Source: a bacterium (GTDB lineage: Bacteria; Electryoneota; JAOADG01). From it: a stretch of 64,000 bases of DNA. A program made the position numbers and the translations under genes. The notes under the pieces were generated by a model. That model made no database searches and was not told where the DNA came from. It was given only the letters and a program-made list of their open reading frames with translations. The DNA lies in NCBI GenBank assembly GCA_963681965.1, contig OY820579.1, forward strand, positions 128,001-192,000, in the 5' to 3' direction. Positions 37,601-47,200 of the stretch are shown piece by piece (within the stretch, counting starts at the first letter, position 1; every line of letters begins with the position of its first letter).

Positions 37601-40577
37601 CCTTGTCGATGAGCTGGATAATGTGACCGGTTTCCTACCAGGATTGGTTCCGGGCGATTATCACATCATCGTAAAGACGGACCTGCGGAACAACATCCGC
37701 GAGACGAATGAAAACAACAACAAGACGACAACCAGCGGTATTACGTCGATTGCGATACCATCATTGACGCTGGGTGTTCCAACCGAAACGTCGTTAAACG
37801 GAACTACTCAGAAATTCTTCCGGATCACGACCATAGCCGGTAACGATCTCCGGATTCGATTGACATCGAGCAATCCACTCAGCTCGAATGAAATGTATAT
37901 CTCATTCGGACAAATGCCGTTATTGAGCAATTTCGATTATTCAGCGACTGCGGCATTCAGCCCCAATCAGACAATGTTGATTCCCTCGACTCAGGCTGGT
38001 GATTACTATTTGATGTTGCAAAGTCGCAACGAACCGGGTTTACATCAATCGGTAACGGTTCTGGCAGAAGCGCTTTCATTCTCGGTAACGGATATTACGC
38101 CGAATGTGGGAGCGTCTGATGGACATATCACATGCGTCATTCACGGCGCCGGTTTCCGCGATTCGACTAGTTACCTGCTAACACAAGGACTGGTAATTTC
38201 CGAAGCTGAAGTGATTGAGCGTCGCAGTACGACCGAAGTGAAAGTCCGATTGAATTTGAATGGAATTCTTCCGGGTACTTACAATATCGTTGCACGTCAG
38301 ACTGATGCGTCGATCGCTCCGTTGGCAAATGGGTTCACGGTTGATACCCTGAGCGAATACACGCTCGCACAGATCGACAATATTCCCGCACGGATCCTGA
38401 TCGGTCGACCGGGTCGATATCTGATTCGCTATACCAATACTTCCAGCGCCGACATTCCTTTCCTCGGTTTGTTGGTCGGTATGCCGGGCGTTGTTAATTA
38501 CACAGTGACTTCTTCCCGGTTGAAGAAACGCAGCGAGTTGCATTATATGCCGCTTGAAGTCGCGTTGACCGACACGATTCATCGCGGCGACGCAATTTTG
38601 ACGCCGATGTATGCAACGAATGTCGAAGCCGGCGAAAGTTTCGATATCATCGTCGATGTCAGTTCGACATTCCGTGGACAAGTACCGTTTATGGTCGACG
38701 GTATGGCGATGAACGAATACATGTACTTCGTCGAGACGATGATCAATGCATTGACTGTTCTCGATATGGTGAATCGAATGCCATCGATGTTCGATCCGGA
38801 AATGGTTCGGTTATCCAGCGACACGCTGCAATTTATTCGAGCTTATTTCAGTCACTTGATCGATTACGGTCTAATCGATTCGCAGGGTGGTTCAGGTGGG
38901 GTAGGAATAACTGGTTTACCACCAGCCAATGACTTCCCAAGATTGGTCGATGGGATTACAATCACATTGATTCGGGAATTCTATACTTGGGAAATTCTCT
39001 GGGAATCGTATCTATACCGCGATTGCCATAAATGGTCGAATTATTATTTCAACTATTGGAATGGCGGTCTTCCATGTTACTATCGTCAAACCGGTTGGGA
39101 AGAAATTTGGACTGAAGTGGAAGAGTGTAAGGGTTATACACTTCACGTTCCCATCATACATTATTATCTGATGCGCATATCGACAACAATCGGTTGGAAA
39201 GACGCGTGTTTCCCGTTTGAACAGATGTTCGGTTCAGGCAATCTAACACTGCTCGCGCCGGGATTCACGGTATCGCCTTATATCACTGACTGGTTCCATA
39301 CGCTTGAAGTCAAAAAATCGATTCGAAAGTCTTGGCAAATCGACCGGGTGTATTGTACTCTGTTCGGCTGGTCAAATGATCCGAACGACATGACTGGTCC
39401 GACTGGATACGGCGACGAGAAATGGGTCGGAACGACTGAAACACTTCCCTATACCATTCGCTTCGAAAACGATCCGGCATCGGCAACCGCCAATGCCAAT
39501 ATGGTCTCGATTCAATGCGACTTGACAACTACCGTTAACCCGAATACGTTCCGCTTGGGCAGCTTCGGTTGGGGTAAATACACGTTTACAATTCCAGCCG
39601 GTCGCACCAACTGGTCGCAGCGCATCGATTTACGCGATTCACTCGGCATCTACGTGGATGTTACCGCCGGTCTGGATATCGTCAATCGTCGCGCATTCTG
39701 GGTACTGGAAACAATCGATCCAGCGACTGGATTGCAACCGAACGCAATCGATCGCGGATTTCTGGCGGTTGATGACTCGACCGGCAAGGGACAAGGATTT
39801 GTGACCTTTACCGTTCGTGCCAAGACCAATACCACAAACGACGATCATATCGTCGAATCGGCGCAAATTATTTTCGACACCAACCCCGCAATCGCAACAC
39901 CGAGTGTCAGCAACCGGATCGATGCGAGTGCGCCGGTTACGCGAATACGACCAATATCCAGCATTATGGACACAACCAGCTTCAATTTGCAATGGACAAT
40001 TTCGGAAGCAGGTGCCGGTTACAAAAATTCCGACATCTACGTGTCGGACAATAGCGGAGCTTATACGATTTACCGCTCCGCAGTAACCGACTCCCTCGTT
40101 TCCTTCCAAGGAACGTTGGGACACACCTATCGCTTCTTTGCTTTGGGTCGGGACAATGCCAATAATCTCGAAGCAATGAAGAGTGCAGGTGAAGTTACGG
40201 TTACGATCAATCAGAGCACTCCACCGTCAATCATCCACACCCTTCAAATCGAGCGAGCGGTCGTTGGTGGCAATGTCCAAGTCAACCTAACGTGGAATCC
40301 GGTAACTACAAACGAACTCGGTGAAGCGATGACGATCGACGGTTACCTGATTATCGAAGGAACGCAGTGGGGCGATCAACGCTACGAATCGGTTATCGAC
40401 AGCGTTACCATCCCCGGATACAGTCTGACACTACCGATAGCGGAGGGATTGCAGCGGTATTATACCGTTGTCGCCTACACAACTGGTGTACCATCGGGAA
40501 TGCCGATCATCAATACGCGACGGTATGGTCGTCCGGTTGAAATTCGGTTGGATCCAACGTATCGCTTCAAGAAGTAA
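31677..40577 (+). CDS. Giant secreted/surface protein (about 2966 aa): lamin-tail-like N-terminus, FN3, jelly-roll, Ig, multiple CARDB repeats, PPC-like domain, 'DPND' domain and C-terminal FN3-like domain
   Basis: GGAGG RBS, signal peptide, 'IINEW', repeated '(P/A/S/C)DL.....A..G....V.W.V.N.G....W.D..Y.S.D' CARDB units, 'SNDPNDMTGP..YTIRFEN'. Confidence 0.8.
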   Translation: MSPMRLLLRLSFLTLFFLSLSLSAIAQPAAIINEWTQGLPSGWYGELWISQAVWSEILVVQDNLNMQNWTLRGRDGGITFSGSIWQSVPAGTLIVIYNSSSRDPILPTDDLSMSDGNFLIVAPDNWNQLSGTCPLLDQANSPYWAYQNNLILKNASNETIHDWDNGNDANLTPSHRPTTNQSVYFSGGAGDNTTLFTPANWVLAAANAATPGSSNGGSNTTWIQSLRNSPPTAPNNASLSDISATSMTLNWVDNSSNETGFNIFTSTDGTNFNLLTQTLTNVSSRVIDNLNPNTHYWYRVSSFNTGGESSTYTSISSWTNAAVPGTPTIVTVRQSTVDVSISNNALTPNPSNTEYSFIELNSNLYVQLDGRLSSSPAWLTQAQWGNTIVIGLLPEQSYLFGAVARNNPGTMTSPSSGASVTLNAATTLPFSEDFSGTPFPPTYWQMKNYDYGITWTRNNLGCNTPGSASMNNTTSPSGQWDILGSPIFNTTGLDYALLTFDWFYSMMSSGQDSLIVIYSFDDFNYTPFWVRWRGGPGDYRLGTGLSAMPNEPGSLASTWGHAEISLPSAVLNQPHVRFAWLDVSRGGYPVFVDNVKLLRATDLVQWTAPASMSMLRIGEVSTLAWSGVAAAGTVNIEINRDATSNTWETLYSNQPSTGSVDWTVTGPASTNAQFRVVSNAQPLAISTSISGFYIQQPTLTFTTPIPEQVFVIGNSLSIGWLSEYMSENVKLEINRNYPTGSWETLVDMYGVLTGNYNWTITGDAGMHARLRLTSLQNSSIMVLSNEFALVSNTNVTFNLDLRSVLQSKLLERSHMIPMLSVLTGTYTGSWQMSDADNDSIYSLTIAQRYSDTIHYNYSIDPYMFGGSSNELVYERGGEADYRSFAVTEMNPTIATSVFDEYSVPGIESGSSGHVVNNFLAGNPDYRSFSGDNQETFIGIDFGSLSRSNIVSVDHFLTDAGGTAPGGIASVASNGYWRISTIAQSIVYSADLAIDYNWITGITDPSDLRVLFSTNTGTQWSTIPSTVDVVNHTLHATVSELAGYWTLGSATGSNSLLPLAPAAVLQLSPTVDEYPVNERPTFNWTNVPNNRYYHLYVWRDGSAEPTVPNYPNISSTPYLLNGYLDFGATYHWKVASSNLYGSAMSGTRTFTVRTVPDLRIADITVPSEASSDQTITVNWTTANDGPGATNLPSWMEFVYFSPDSVFALDRTPLVAQIENISALAVGDSYINTATIHVPITAFGDYYVWVQCRYTGAERGTANNMLRSVAIPVTQSPSADLQTTDVQVSANAFSGQNTLVSWTVENFGSGRTNLFYWEDYIYLSQDSAFDTTDIELKRVRHNGYLLPGETYTATENVKIPDGTIGMRYMIVHGDGGNFVYEYIHENNNQRISSGMNIHLTPPPDLEISNINCAANIMSGQSIALAWTVTNVGSNTAIGGWTDSIFISRTIEDVTYFEPIASYYNTRTLDPEASYMITQNIIVPNGRSGSTSFKIKTDAGNVVYEYTFEDNNTGFSNFFTVGLTPWSNLIIPTITTDAASSPGTWGSAMITVRNSGVGSTVPNAWFDRMYAAQSRTAPYNQWYPLEGVSHTGTLLTGQSTIEKIDFTFPNWNIDTIYIKALADAGNAVYEHTDESDNYSEIKAVAMSASVSDLAIDTISVPASASTGQTITVSWRVTNIGNDQTSTRDWYDYIYVSTDAVLSSDDQRIGLAEHIDWLYPSNGYTQSLSVTLPADVFGHCYLLFQTDPQQWVIETNRANNIVASPIEIALTPPPDLQVSAIRAPATGNAGQPVKIVWTVLNNGIGAAENGWTDGLYLSQDAILDRWDIYLTSKSRSLPLLASESYSDSITLDLPNYIAGQYYLIAATDLNDRVYEYQHEDNNIRFVMMNIILPAPCDLIVSSIDAPATATPGDPVNISYTLSNIGSNPATGYLRTGVYFSSDTTWDINDPLLAIDYRSISIASGDGAPISQVIKVNQAILVDELDNVTGFLPGLVPGDYHIIVKTDLRNNIRETNENNNKTTTSGITSIAIPSLTLGVPTETSLNGTTQKFFRITTIAGNDLRIRLTSSNPLSSNEMYISFGQMPLLSNFDYSATAAFSPNQTMLIPSTQAGDYYLMLQSRNEPGLHQSVTVLAEALSFSVTDITPNVGASDGHITCVIHGAGFRDSTSYLLTQGLVISEAEVIERRSTTEVKVRLNLNGILPGTYNIVARQTDASIAPLANGFTVDTLSEYTLAQIDNIPARILIGRPGRYLIRYTNTSSADIPFLGLLVGMPGVVNYTVTSSRLKKRSELHYMPLEVALTDTIHRGDAILTPMYATNVEAGESFDIIVDVSSTFRGQVPFMVDGMAMNEYMYFVETMINALTVLDMVNRMPSMFDPEMVRLSSDTLQFIRAYFSHLIDYGLIDSQGGSGGVGITGLPPANDFPRLVDGITITLIREFYTWEILWESYLYRDCHKWSNYYFNYWNGGLPCYYRQTGWEEIWTEVEECKGYTLHVPIIHYYLMRISTTIGWKDACFPFEQMFGSGNLTLLAPGFTVSPYITDWFHTLEVKKSIRKSWQIDRVYCTLFGWSNDPNDMTGPTGYGDEKWVGTTETLPYTIRFENDPASATANANMVSIQCDLTTTVNPNTFRLGSFGWGKYTFTIPAGRTNWSQRIDLRDSLGIYVDVTAGLDIVNRRAFWVLETIDPATGLQPNAIDRGFLAVDDSTGKGQGFVTFTVRAKTNTTNDDHIVESAQIIFDTNPAIATPSVSNRIDASAPVTRIRPISSIMDTTSFNLQWTISEAGAGYKNSDIYVSDNSGAYTIYRSAVTDSLVSFQGTLGHTYRFFALGRDNANNLEAMKSAGEVTVTINQSTPPSIIHTLQIERAVVGGNVQVNLTWNPVTTNELGEAMTIDGYLIIEGTQWGDQRYESVIDSVTIPGYSLTLPIAEGLQRYYTVVAYTTGVPSGMPIINTRRYGRPVEIRLDPTYRFKK

Positions 40578-40600
40578 CACTTTACTAATGCAGCAAATCG

Positions 40601-40631
40601 AACAGCCAACCACAAGGTTGGCTGTTTTTTT
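40601..40631 (+). terminator. Intrinsic terminator
   Basis: AACAGCCAACC-ACAA-GGTTGGCTGTTTTTTT. Confidence 0.85.
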
Positions 40632-40957
40632 ATCACTCGATACAATAGTATAAACCATTTTATCACTGATACTTAACATAATTATTGTGAACTTTTCTGC
40701 ATTCTGATTTGATGTCTGAAAAGAAAATCTCTCGAAGATCGTGTTTTCATTTGTAATACCATGCATAAATCCGCTATTATCTCGTTAGATAATCGCAAGT
40801 ACCAGTCGCTAGATACTACCCAACAACCTCAACATCCAATACCATTGAATACATTGATCTAACACAACACTCGATACCTTCAACGAACCAGCCCAAAAAT
40901 CGAATACGAGTAAGACTATTCATCGACAACGTACGAAAGTTCCGACGAGGAGGTTAC

Positions 40958-43012
40958 GTGAACTTGTGGAATCAATTTGTATCGGCGCTGAAGGAAGTTT
41001 TTTTTCTTCCGTTCCATCTAGTGAGGCTTGGATTTCAGCGGCTTTGGTCGCTTGGACCAAAGCGACTAGGAATGCTGATTTTCGCAGCCGCAGTGCTAAC
41101 AATTATCACTGCAGTAGTCTTCGTAAAGGCGACATCGCAGCCGACGTTTTGCCGCTCCTGCCACATCATGGAACCGTATTTTCGAAGTTGGGAAACCTCC
41201 TCGCATAAACAAGTGCAGTGTATCAAATGTCATATTCCACCCGGTGTTGCTGGAACCATTCGCGGAAAATTTGTCGCGGCATCGATGCTGGTAAATTATG
41301 CCACAGGCGTCTATAAGCGTTCGAAACCGTTTGCCGAAATCGACGACATCAACTGTATGTACAAATGTCACGATAATCGCAAGCAACCCGGTGTTGTTTT
41401 GTACAAAGAAGGGATCAAATTCGATCACTCGAAACACCTCACCAAAGAAGTTCGTAATAAGCAATTACGTTGTACTTCCTGTCACGGTCAAATCGTTCAG
41501 GGTTCGCACATCAAAGTCACAGAGACGACTTGCTTCCTTTGCCACTTCAAGGGACGCAATCTTATCAATCCGCTCAATTTGACTGCGAATGACTCGACTA
41601 ATTCACAACCCACGAGCGAGATGTTCGGACTAGGGTGGAAAACGAATTGCACGAAATGCCATAGCGCTCCAGTTGCAGAAAAAGATAAACCGCTACCGAA
41701 ATACGATCATACATCCGTACTGGCGCAGAAGGTTCAATGTCAACAATGCCACGGCGATATGAAGGCGGGCGATGGCGAAGTACCGCACGAGCGATGCAAT
41801 ACCTGTCATGCTTCGCAGGAGCATCTGAACCGGTATAATGAAACGGTCTTTATCCATAAGCAGCATGTCACCGATCGAAAAGTGGATTGCTTGAATTGTC
41901 ACTTACCGATTCTGCATCGCTCGAAATCGCGTGCAGTAGCGCAATTGACCGAATGCCGTAGTTGTCACTCCGATCTGCATGATGCAGCAGAATTGCTATT
42001 CCGCGGCACCGGTGGAACGGGAGTACCAGATCGACCTGACAAGATGTGGACGGCTGGGTTGCATTGCGCTTCATGTCATACTGTGCCATACGACCAAGCG
42101 CACTTCCGCGAATCGTCGGCAGCGCGCAAGCGGGTAGCGTGTACCCCGTGTCATCCGAATAACTACGAAAAATTGGTACCGCAGATGCGTGACGGCATCC
42201 GTAAACGCGCACAGCAAGTATTTGAGATGGTGCAGACCGCCAAACGTCAGGCTCGCGATGAAACGAACCGGTGGGTGTTGAAGACCGCCGAAGCCAACGT
42301 ACGATTGGTGCTTGACGGAGGCGGACAACACAACGTGCGCTATTCGGAAGATCTATTGCAGGCAGCTTACGATCAGGCAAAATTGGTTGCACCCGGATTA
42401 CCGCCTTTCCAAGCACGTCCGAATGTCGTTGCAACAGGCGACAAAGCGGGTGGTGCCAACTGTCTGAATTGTCATAACGGTATCGAAACGGTGAATCTGT
42501 TGGTGAAAGGAAGAACGTTCCCGCATGGCACCCACTTGTCTCGAGGTTTAACATGCAAGGATTGCCACTCGATCGAAGAACACGGCAAGACATTGCCGAA
42601 TGTTACCAATTGCATGGATTGTCACCACTCGCGTGCGAAGAATGAAGAATCATGCAAAGAGTGTCACCGTTCTCAACGGGCGTTATACGAGGGAACTGCC
42701 GGCGGAGGAAAAGCGATTCCATCGGCGATGGCAACGGCAGGTGTCGAATGTTCCTCTTGTCACGGTACCGGTAAGGATATCAAGAAACCGGCACCGGAAC
42801 AGTGCGCCGAATGTCACGACAAGACCTATCCCGAAGTGGTAAAACACTGGCAACATGAAACTAGCGATGCTCTGAAAGAGGCGCGCGTTACTTTGTTACA
42901 AGGTGGTACTGGTGTCGAAGCGATCCGCAAAGGCATTCAAATTGTCACCGCCGACGGTTCCAATGGGGCGCATAATCCCGAATTAGCAAAGAAATTGTTG
43001 TCCGGGAAGTAA
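40958..43012 (+). CDS. Membrane-anchored multiheme cytochrome c with NapC/NirT-like N-terminus, 18 heme motifs
   Basis: One transmembrane helix, then 'TSQPTFCRSCHIM'; 17 CxxCH plus 1 CxxxCH counted by eye; GAGGAGG RBS before a GTG start. Confidence 0.9.
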   Translation: MNLWNQFVSALKEVFFLPFHLVRLGFQRLWSLGPKRLGMLIFAAAVLTIITAVVFVKATSQPTFCRSCHIMEPYFRSWETSSHKQVQCIKCHIPPGVAGTIRGKFVAASMLVNYATGVYKRSKPFAEIDDINCMYKCHDNRKQPGVVLYKEGIKFDHSKHLTKEVRNKQLRCTSCHGQIVQGSHIKVTETTCFLCHFKGRNLINPLNLTANDSTNSQPTSEMFGLGWKTNCTKCHSAPVAEKDKPLPKYDHTSVLAQKVQCQQCHGDMKAGDGEVPHERCNTCHASQEHLNRYNETVFIHKQHVTDRKVDCLNCHLPILHRSKSRAVAQLTECRSCHSDLHDAAELLFRGTGGTGVPDRPDKMWTAGLHCASCHTVPYDQAHFRESSAARKRVACTPCHPNNYEKLVPQMRDGIRKRAQQVFEMVQTAKRQARDETNRWVLKTAEANVRLVLDGGGQHNVRYSEDLLQAAYDQAKLVAPGLPPFQARPNVVATGDKAGGANCLNCHNGIETVNLLVKGRTFPHGTHLSRGLTCKDCHSIEEHGKTLPNVTNCMDCHHSRAKNEESCKECHRSQRALYEGTAGGGKAIPSAMATAGVECSSCHGTGKDIKKPAPEQCAECHDKTYPEVVKHWQHETSDALKEARVTLLQGGTGVEAIRKGIQIVTADGSNGAHNPELAKKLLSGK

Positions 43013-43044
43013 CGACCCAATAGACGTTGTTTTCATCCGAATCG

Positions 43045-43075
43045 AACAGGGCGAACGTAATTGTTCGCCCTGTTT
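43045..43075 (+). terminator. Probable intrinsic terminator
   Basis: AACAGGGCGAAC-GTAATT-GTTCGCCCTGTTT. Confidence 0.7.
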
Positions 43076-43106
43076 ACTATTTACGGCATGATTGAAATCG
43101 TTATAT

Positions 43107-43258
43107 TATAGTGGTTCTTGATAATAAGTTGTAATGATTAGGTATCAGGCTTCCCCGAACATGTACAGACACTAGTGTCGGTACCTACAAATACCTGCGG
43201 GCGGCCGCGGGGAGCCGCCCCTACTACCGATTACAACTTATTATCAAGAGATACTAAA
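43107..43258. mobile_element. MITE-like element copy 3 (about 152 bp, with an extra internal hairpin)
   Basis: TATAGTGGTTCTTGATAATAAGTTGTAAT ... ATTACAACTTATTATCAAGAGATACTA inverted ends; extra ~34-bp module GTACAGACACTAGTGTCGGTACCTAC. Confidence 0.8.
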
Positions 43259-43290
43259 AAATATCTCGCATATAACAAGGAGGGTATCCA

Positions 43291-44247
43291 ATGCGATTCC
43301 TCACTCTGATTGGTCTGCTCATCACTATTTCGATCGCGGTTGCTCAACCGGTTATCCAGATACAGCATTATGGTTGGAATAACGGTCGAACCCGCAATTT
43401 TCGGGTCGGTGGTTTTTCGACATCGGTATACGACGTCACCAGCGGCACCGGGAAGACTTGGACATTCACCGTTCCGACCGGTTCTTCATATCAGAATACC
43501 AATTTTGTTACCGTCTCGGGTAACAGCACCTGGCCGACGGCGAATTTAAGGATGGATTACACTCAATATTTAATCGGTACGTTATCGAGTGGTAGTTGCT
43601 ACCTCTTCGTCGGTGATAGCGATATTTACTCGCTCGGTTACACCGGCGCTCCGAACACGATTTGGAATCCCGCGATTCCGAATGGGATGCCTCATCGCTT
43701 GAATAAAACCTGGCAGGGGAATTACAGCTATGGTTCCGGCACTTACAATATTGTCGGCACGGTGATTTCCAGCGGGACATCGACTTCGCACTACGGCACT
43801 TTCCCGACACTGCTGGTTCGATACAACTACTCTTCGGGAACCTTCAGTTATCAGGCGTATCAGTGGGAGACACAGGAATACGGCATCATCGCGCAGGCGA
43901 ATACACTTAATGGCGGAATGTTGTATGTACTGAACGAGGCAACGCCGAATACCGGGATTGATGAGATCCAATTCTCGTTGCCGGAAGCGATTTCATTGGG
44001 AAGTCCGTATCCCAATCCCGCAAATGGATCGGTAACGGTTCCGATATCATTGCCACACAACTTATCAATGCAGGTGAAAGTAGTCGATCTACTCGGTCGC
44101 GAAGTGTTGACACTATCACGGGGAAATATTGCTGCCGGAAACCATTCATTCAGCTTCGGTACCGATCGTCTCGCCAGCGGAAACTATCTGATTTCGGTGC
44201 AATCGAATCAGCAACAGTGGGTACAGCCACTGACAGTCGTGAAGTAA
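43291..44247 (+). CDS. Small secreted protein with T9SS-type CTD
   Basis: AGGAGG RBS, signal peptide, 'PYPNPAN...DLLGREV..L..G..LASGNY' C-terminus. Confidence 0.8.
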   Translation: MRFLTLIGLLITISIAVAQPVIQIQHYGWNNGRTRNFRVGGFSTSVYDVTSGTGKTWTFTVPTGSSYQNTNFVTVSGNSTWPTANLRMDYTQYLIGTLSSGSCYLFVGDSDIYSLGYTGAPNTIWNPAIPNGMPHRLNKTWQGNYSYGSGTYNIVGTVISSGTSTSHYGTFPTLLVRYNYSSGTFSYQAYQWETQEYGIIAQANTLNGGMLYVLNEATPNTGIDEIQFSLPEAISLGSPYPNPANGSVTVPISLPHNLSMQVKVVDLLGREVLTLSRGNIAAGNHSFSFGTDRLASGNYLISVQSNQQQWVQPLTVVK

Positions 44248-44255
44248 TCGTCGGA

Positions 44256-47200
44256 CTATTTTAGGAGTACGATCTTTCGAAGCGAATTCTCCTTTCCGTT
44301 CGATAACTTGAGGAAATATGTGCCTGAAGCTAGACCGGTTCCATTCAATTGTGTACGGTATTTTCCGACACTCCGAAATCCCTGTTCGAGCGCACGGATC
44401 TCACGACCTGATAGATCATATAATATTAGTTTAACATTACCGGAATGGCTGAGATTGTAATCGATCGTTGTCGCATTATTAAATGGATTCGGGTAGACGC
44501 TGGAAATTCCGAAGACATTCGGCAGAATATTCGTTTGAAGATTTCCGGATTCAGCAACTGCGTCTAGCCTCGCGGTAGTAAATCGAATCGCATGACTATT
44601 ATGAAGCGCCTCGGAACCGGGCGCTAAAATATTTGCGAACGCTACCTGCAAACCATCGGTTCGCTCCCAATTCATGATACCCACTGTCGTATAGTTGTTC
44701 GATTGATCGATCTCCGAGGCAGTGTGATAAAAGATATCAATCACACTATTTTGCTCGGAGCCGCTAGGATTGGTATAAAGCACTATTTCAAATTTCTGAT
44801 GTTGCTGTAGCGTTTCAAATCCATATTGCGAATAAGCACTCGCCCACTCTATGACAAAACTGTGATCATTCTGTATTGTACGATGCTGCGTAAACACCCG
44901 TACATTTTCGCTATCCGTAGAAGAACCTCGCAAATCATCCCAATTCGCGGCAATCATGCTGCGCGGACCCAAGGCATATGGCAATGCATGATTCAGATAA
45001 TCGCTCCGGTTCGTACTATCGAAACTGATCCATCCATTGGAGCAGATAGAAATCGCATGACCAGTCGGATACAATCGATCGTAAAAGCGGAAATCGAATG
45101 GCAAGGCGAGAGTCACAGTCTGATCGTCACCCAACTCCAGTGGTTCTCCCGAACCACCCAGCGCAGTATCCAACTCAATCCACCGGTAGATTGGATGCAC
45201 ACTGTTTCCGACGACGGTATCAATCTCTTCGTAGGCAAAATAACCGAAAATATCCGGTCCAGTCGGCATGTTTTGTGAACGTTCGCCGCAAGTGAGCGTG
45301 ATTTGGTACACTAACGTATCTGGACCATTCGGTTGATAAATCAGCGTGCGAATGGGAACGACCTGACCCGGCATCGCATTGGAGCGGACACGAAGCGTTA
45401 GGTCGATTGTACCGGAATCAGCGATTACCGGATTGAAGATTGTGCCGGAAAGAATTTGTATCACATCGGAATCAGACTCGAACCGCCAGTTGCATTGCGG
45501 GATTGGTGCACTGCCCCGATTGCTGATTTGCAGTTGAAGGGTAGTTTGATCGTTTTCACCAGGGTTCAGCGAACCGACAAGACACTCGTAACGATCAACC
45601 ATCGGATTGATCCAATTGACTGGTAACGCGAATCCAACTTCTTGACCAGAGAAATTGAGGTAAAGCGAGATTGGTGATCGATCGCGCAACGAATTCACGC
45701 GAATTCGAAACGACAGCATGGCGGTTCCTCCGGGATTGACTGTCCCGGCATTGCTTGTATCCTGCAAGATCGAAATTCGATTCGTCTCCGATGAATCGAA
45801 TAGTGTGGCATTCGCAATGACTGATGTCGATCCGACATTCTTGACATAGACCTGCAGATCGCCATTCTCGCCAGGATTCGGTAGCGATGCCGTGTTATTG
45901 TAATGGAGTGAGTCAACCCGGAACGATGTTGATACGGTATCAAGAACATAAAATTGAAATTGTGATGGAAGAAAATTGTTACCACAAACCATCACGAAAA
46001 CGAAGTCACCAGGAACTACCCGAAGTGGCAAAGTAACGGTTCCACTGGCATCAGTAATTCCGACAGCTTGATTATCAGCATTCGGTCCGACAATCAGCGA
46101 TGCAGTTAAGTTTGGTTGCGGTTGATTGGTTTGATGATCAAAAACGTGAAGCGTGATCGATGACATGCTCGAGTTGATTTGATCGGGAATAGTGACGGTG
46201 AGTGTATCCGGTACGCCGTACCAAAGCTGAAGCGATGGGTCGCCGAGAATATGATAGGATCGGAAATACCCTTCAACAGCATTCCATTCATTGGGAAAAT
46301 TTCGATACAACTCCAGTTTCCCACGCAGTGTTGCCGTTCCCAATTTATCCAACTTCTCATTCAGCCAGCCGTGCATTGTTCCGGCAAGTAGGGTGGGATT
46401 GTAGCGATTGCTCGTGTGAAGATGCGTCGCGCCGTAAAATGCCGGACCGCATTTCGGGATCGCGGGTGTTCCTGCTTCAATCCAAGCTTCACCGAAACAC
46501 TGATTGTCATCGACCGTTGCGTTTAGTGCGGCAAATCGTCCCGATTGGCACCCCATCGAATATAAGATCGCATCATCGCGATTTACCTGCGACAAGTCCG
46601 TTTTTTGTAACCGCGGGTAAAGCAAACCTTGCGAATCACTCAACCCCATATAGGTGATAACGGAGTTTCCACGATTGATCAACACCAGCACTGAATCGGT
46701 TCCGGGCATTGGCTGTGGTGGACAGAAATAAGTTGTCGTATCGTATCCCTGATCGGCAAGCAGTTGCGCAGTCCAACGCGAATAATCGATAACCGAAGGC
46801 GATAAAGAGTAGTTACCCGCGAAACTGAACGCGCGATTTCTACTTGGGTAAAAATGCAAACCGGGTGAATTGTGGTGGTCTACAGATTTATTAATGATCG
46901 TTGCCAAACCCGTTACAGATCCGAAAGGAATTCGACCAATCATCGCTTCCGGCCAAAAATCGTTACCATCGAGCAGAACATAATCAAGATCGGTGGGAAT
47001 GATCTCCGATGCCGAAAGTGTATACGGGAAGGTGGGTACATTATCGAGCCGGTCGGCATCCCCGAGGAGGACGACATATTCCACCGGAAGGATATGCGAC
47101 TGTTCGCGATAGACAGTTTCGATGATCGATTTGATATCATTCGCGGTTGCGCCCATCGGGATGTTACGGACGATAACATTGAAACCTGCCAGTTGTTTCT

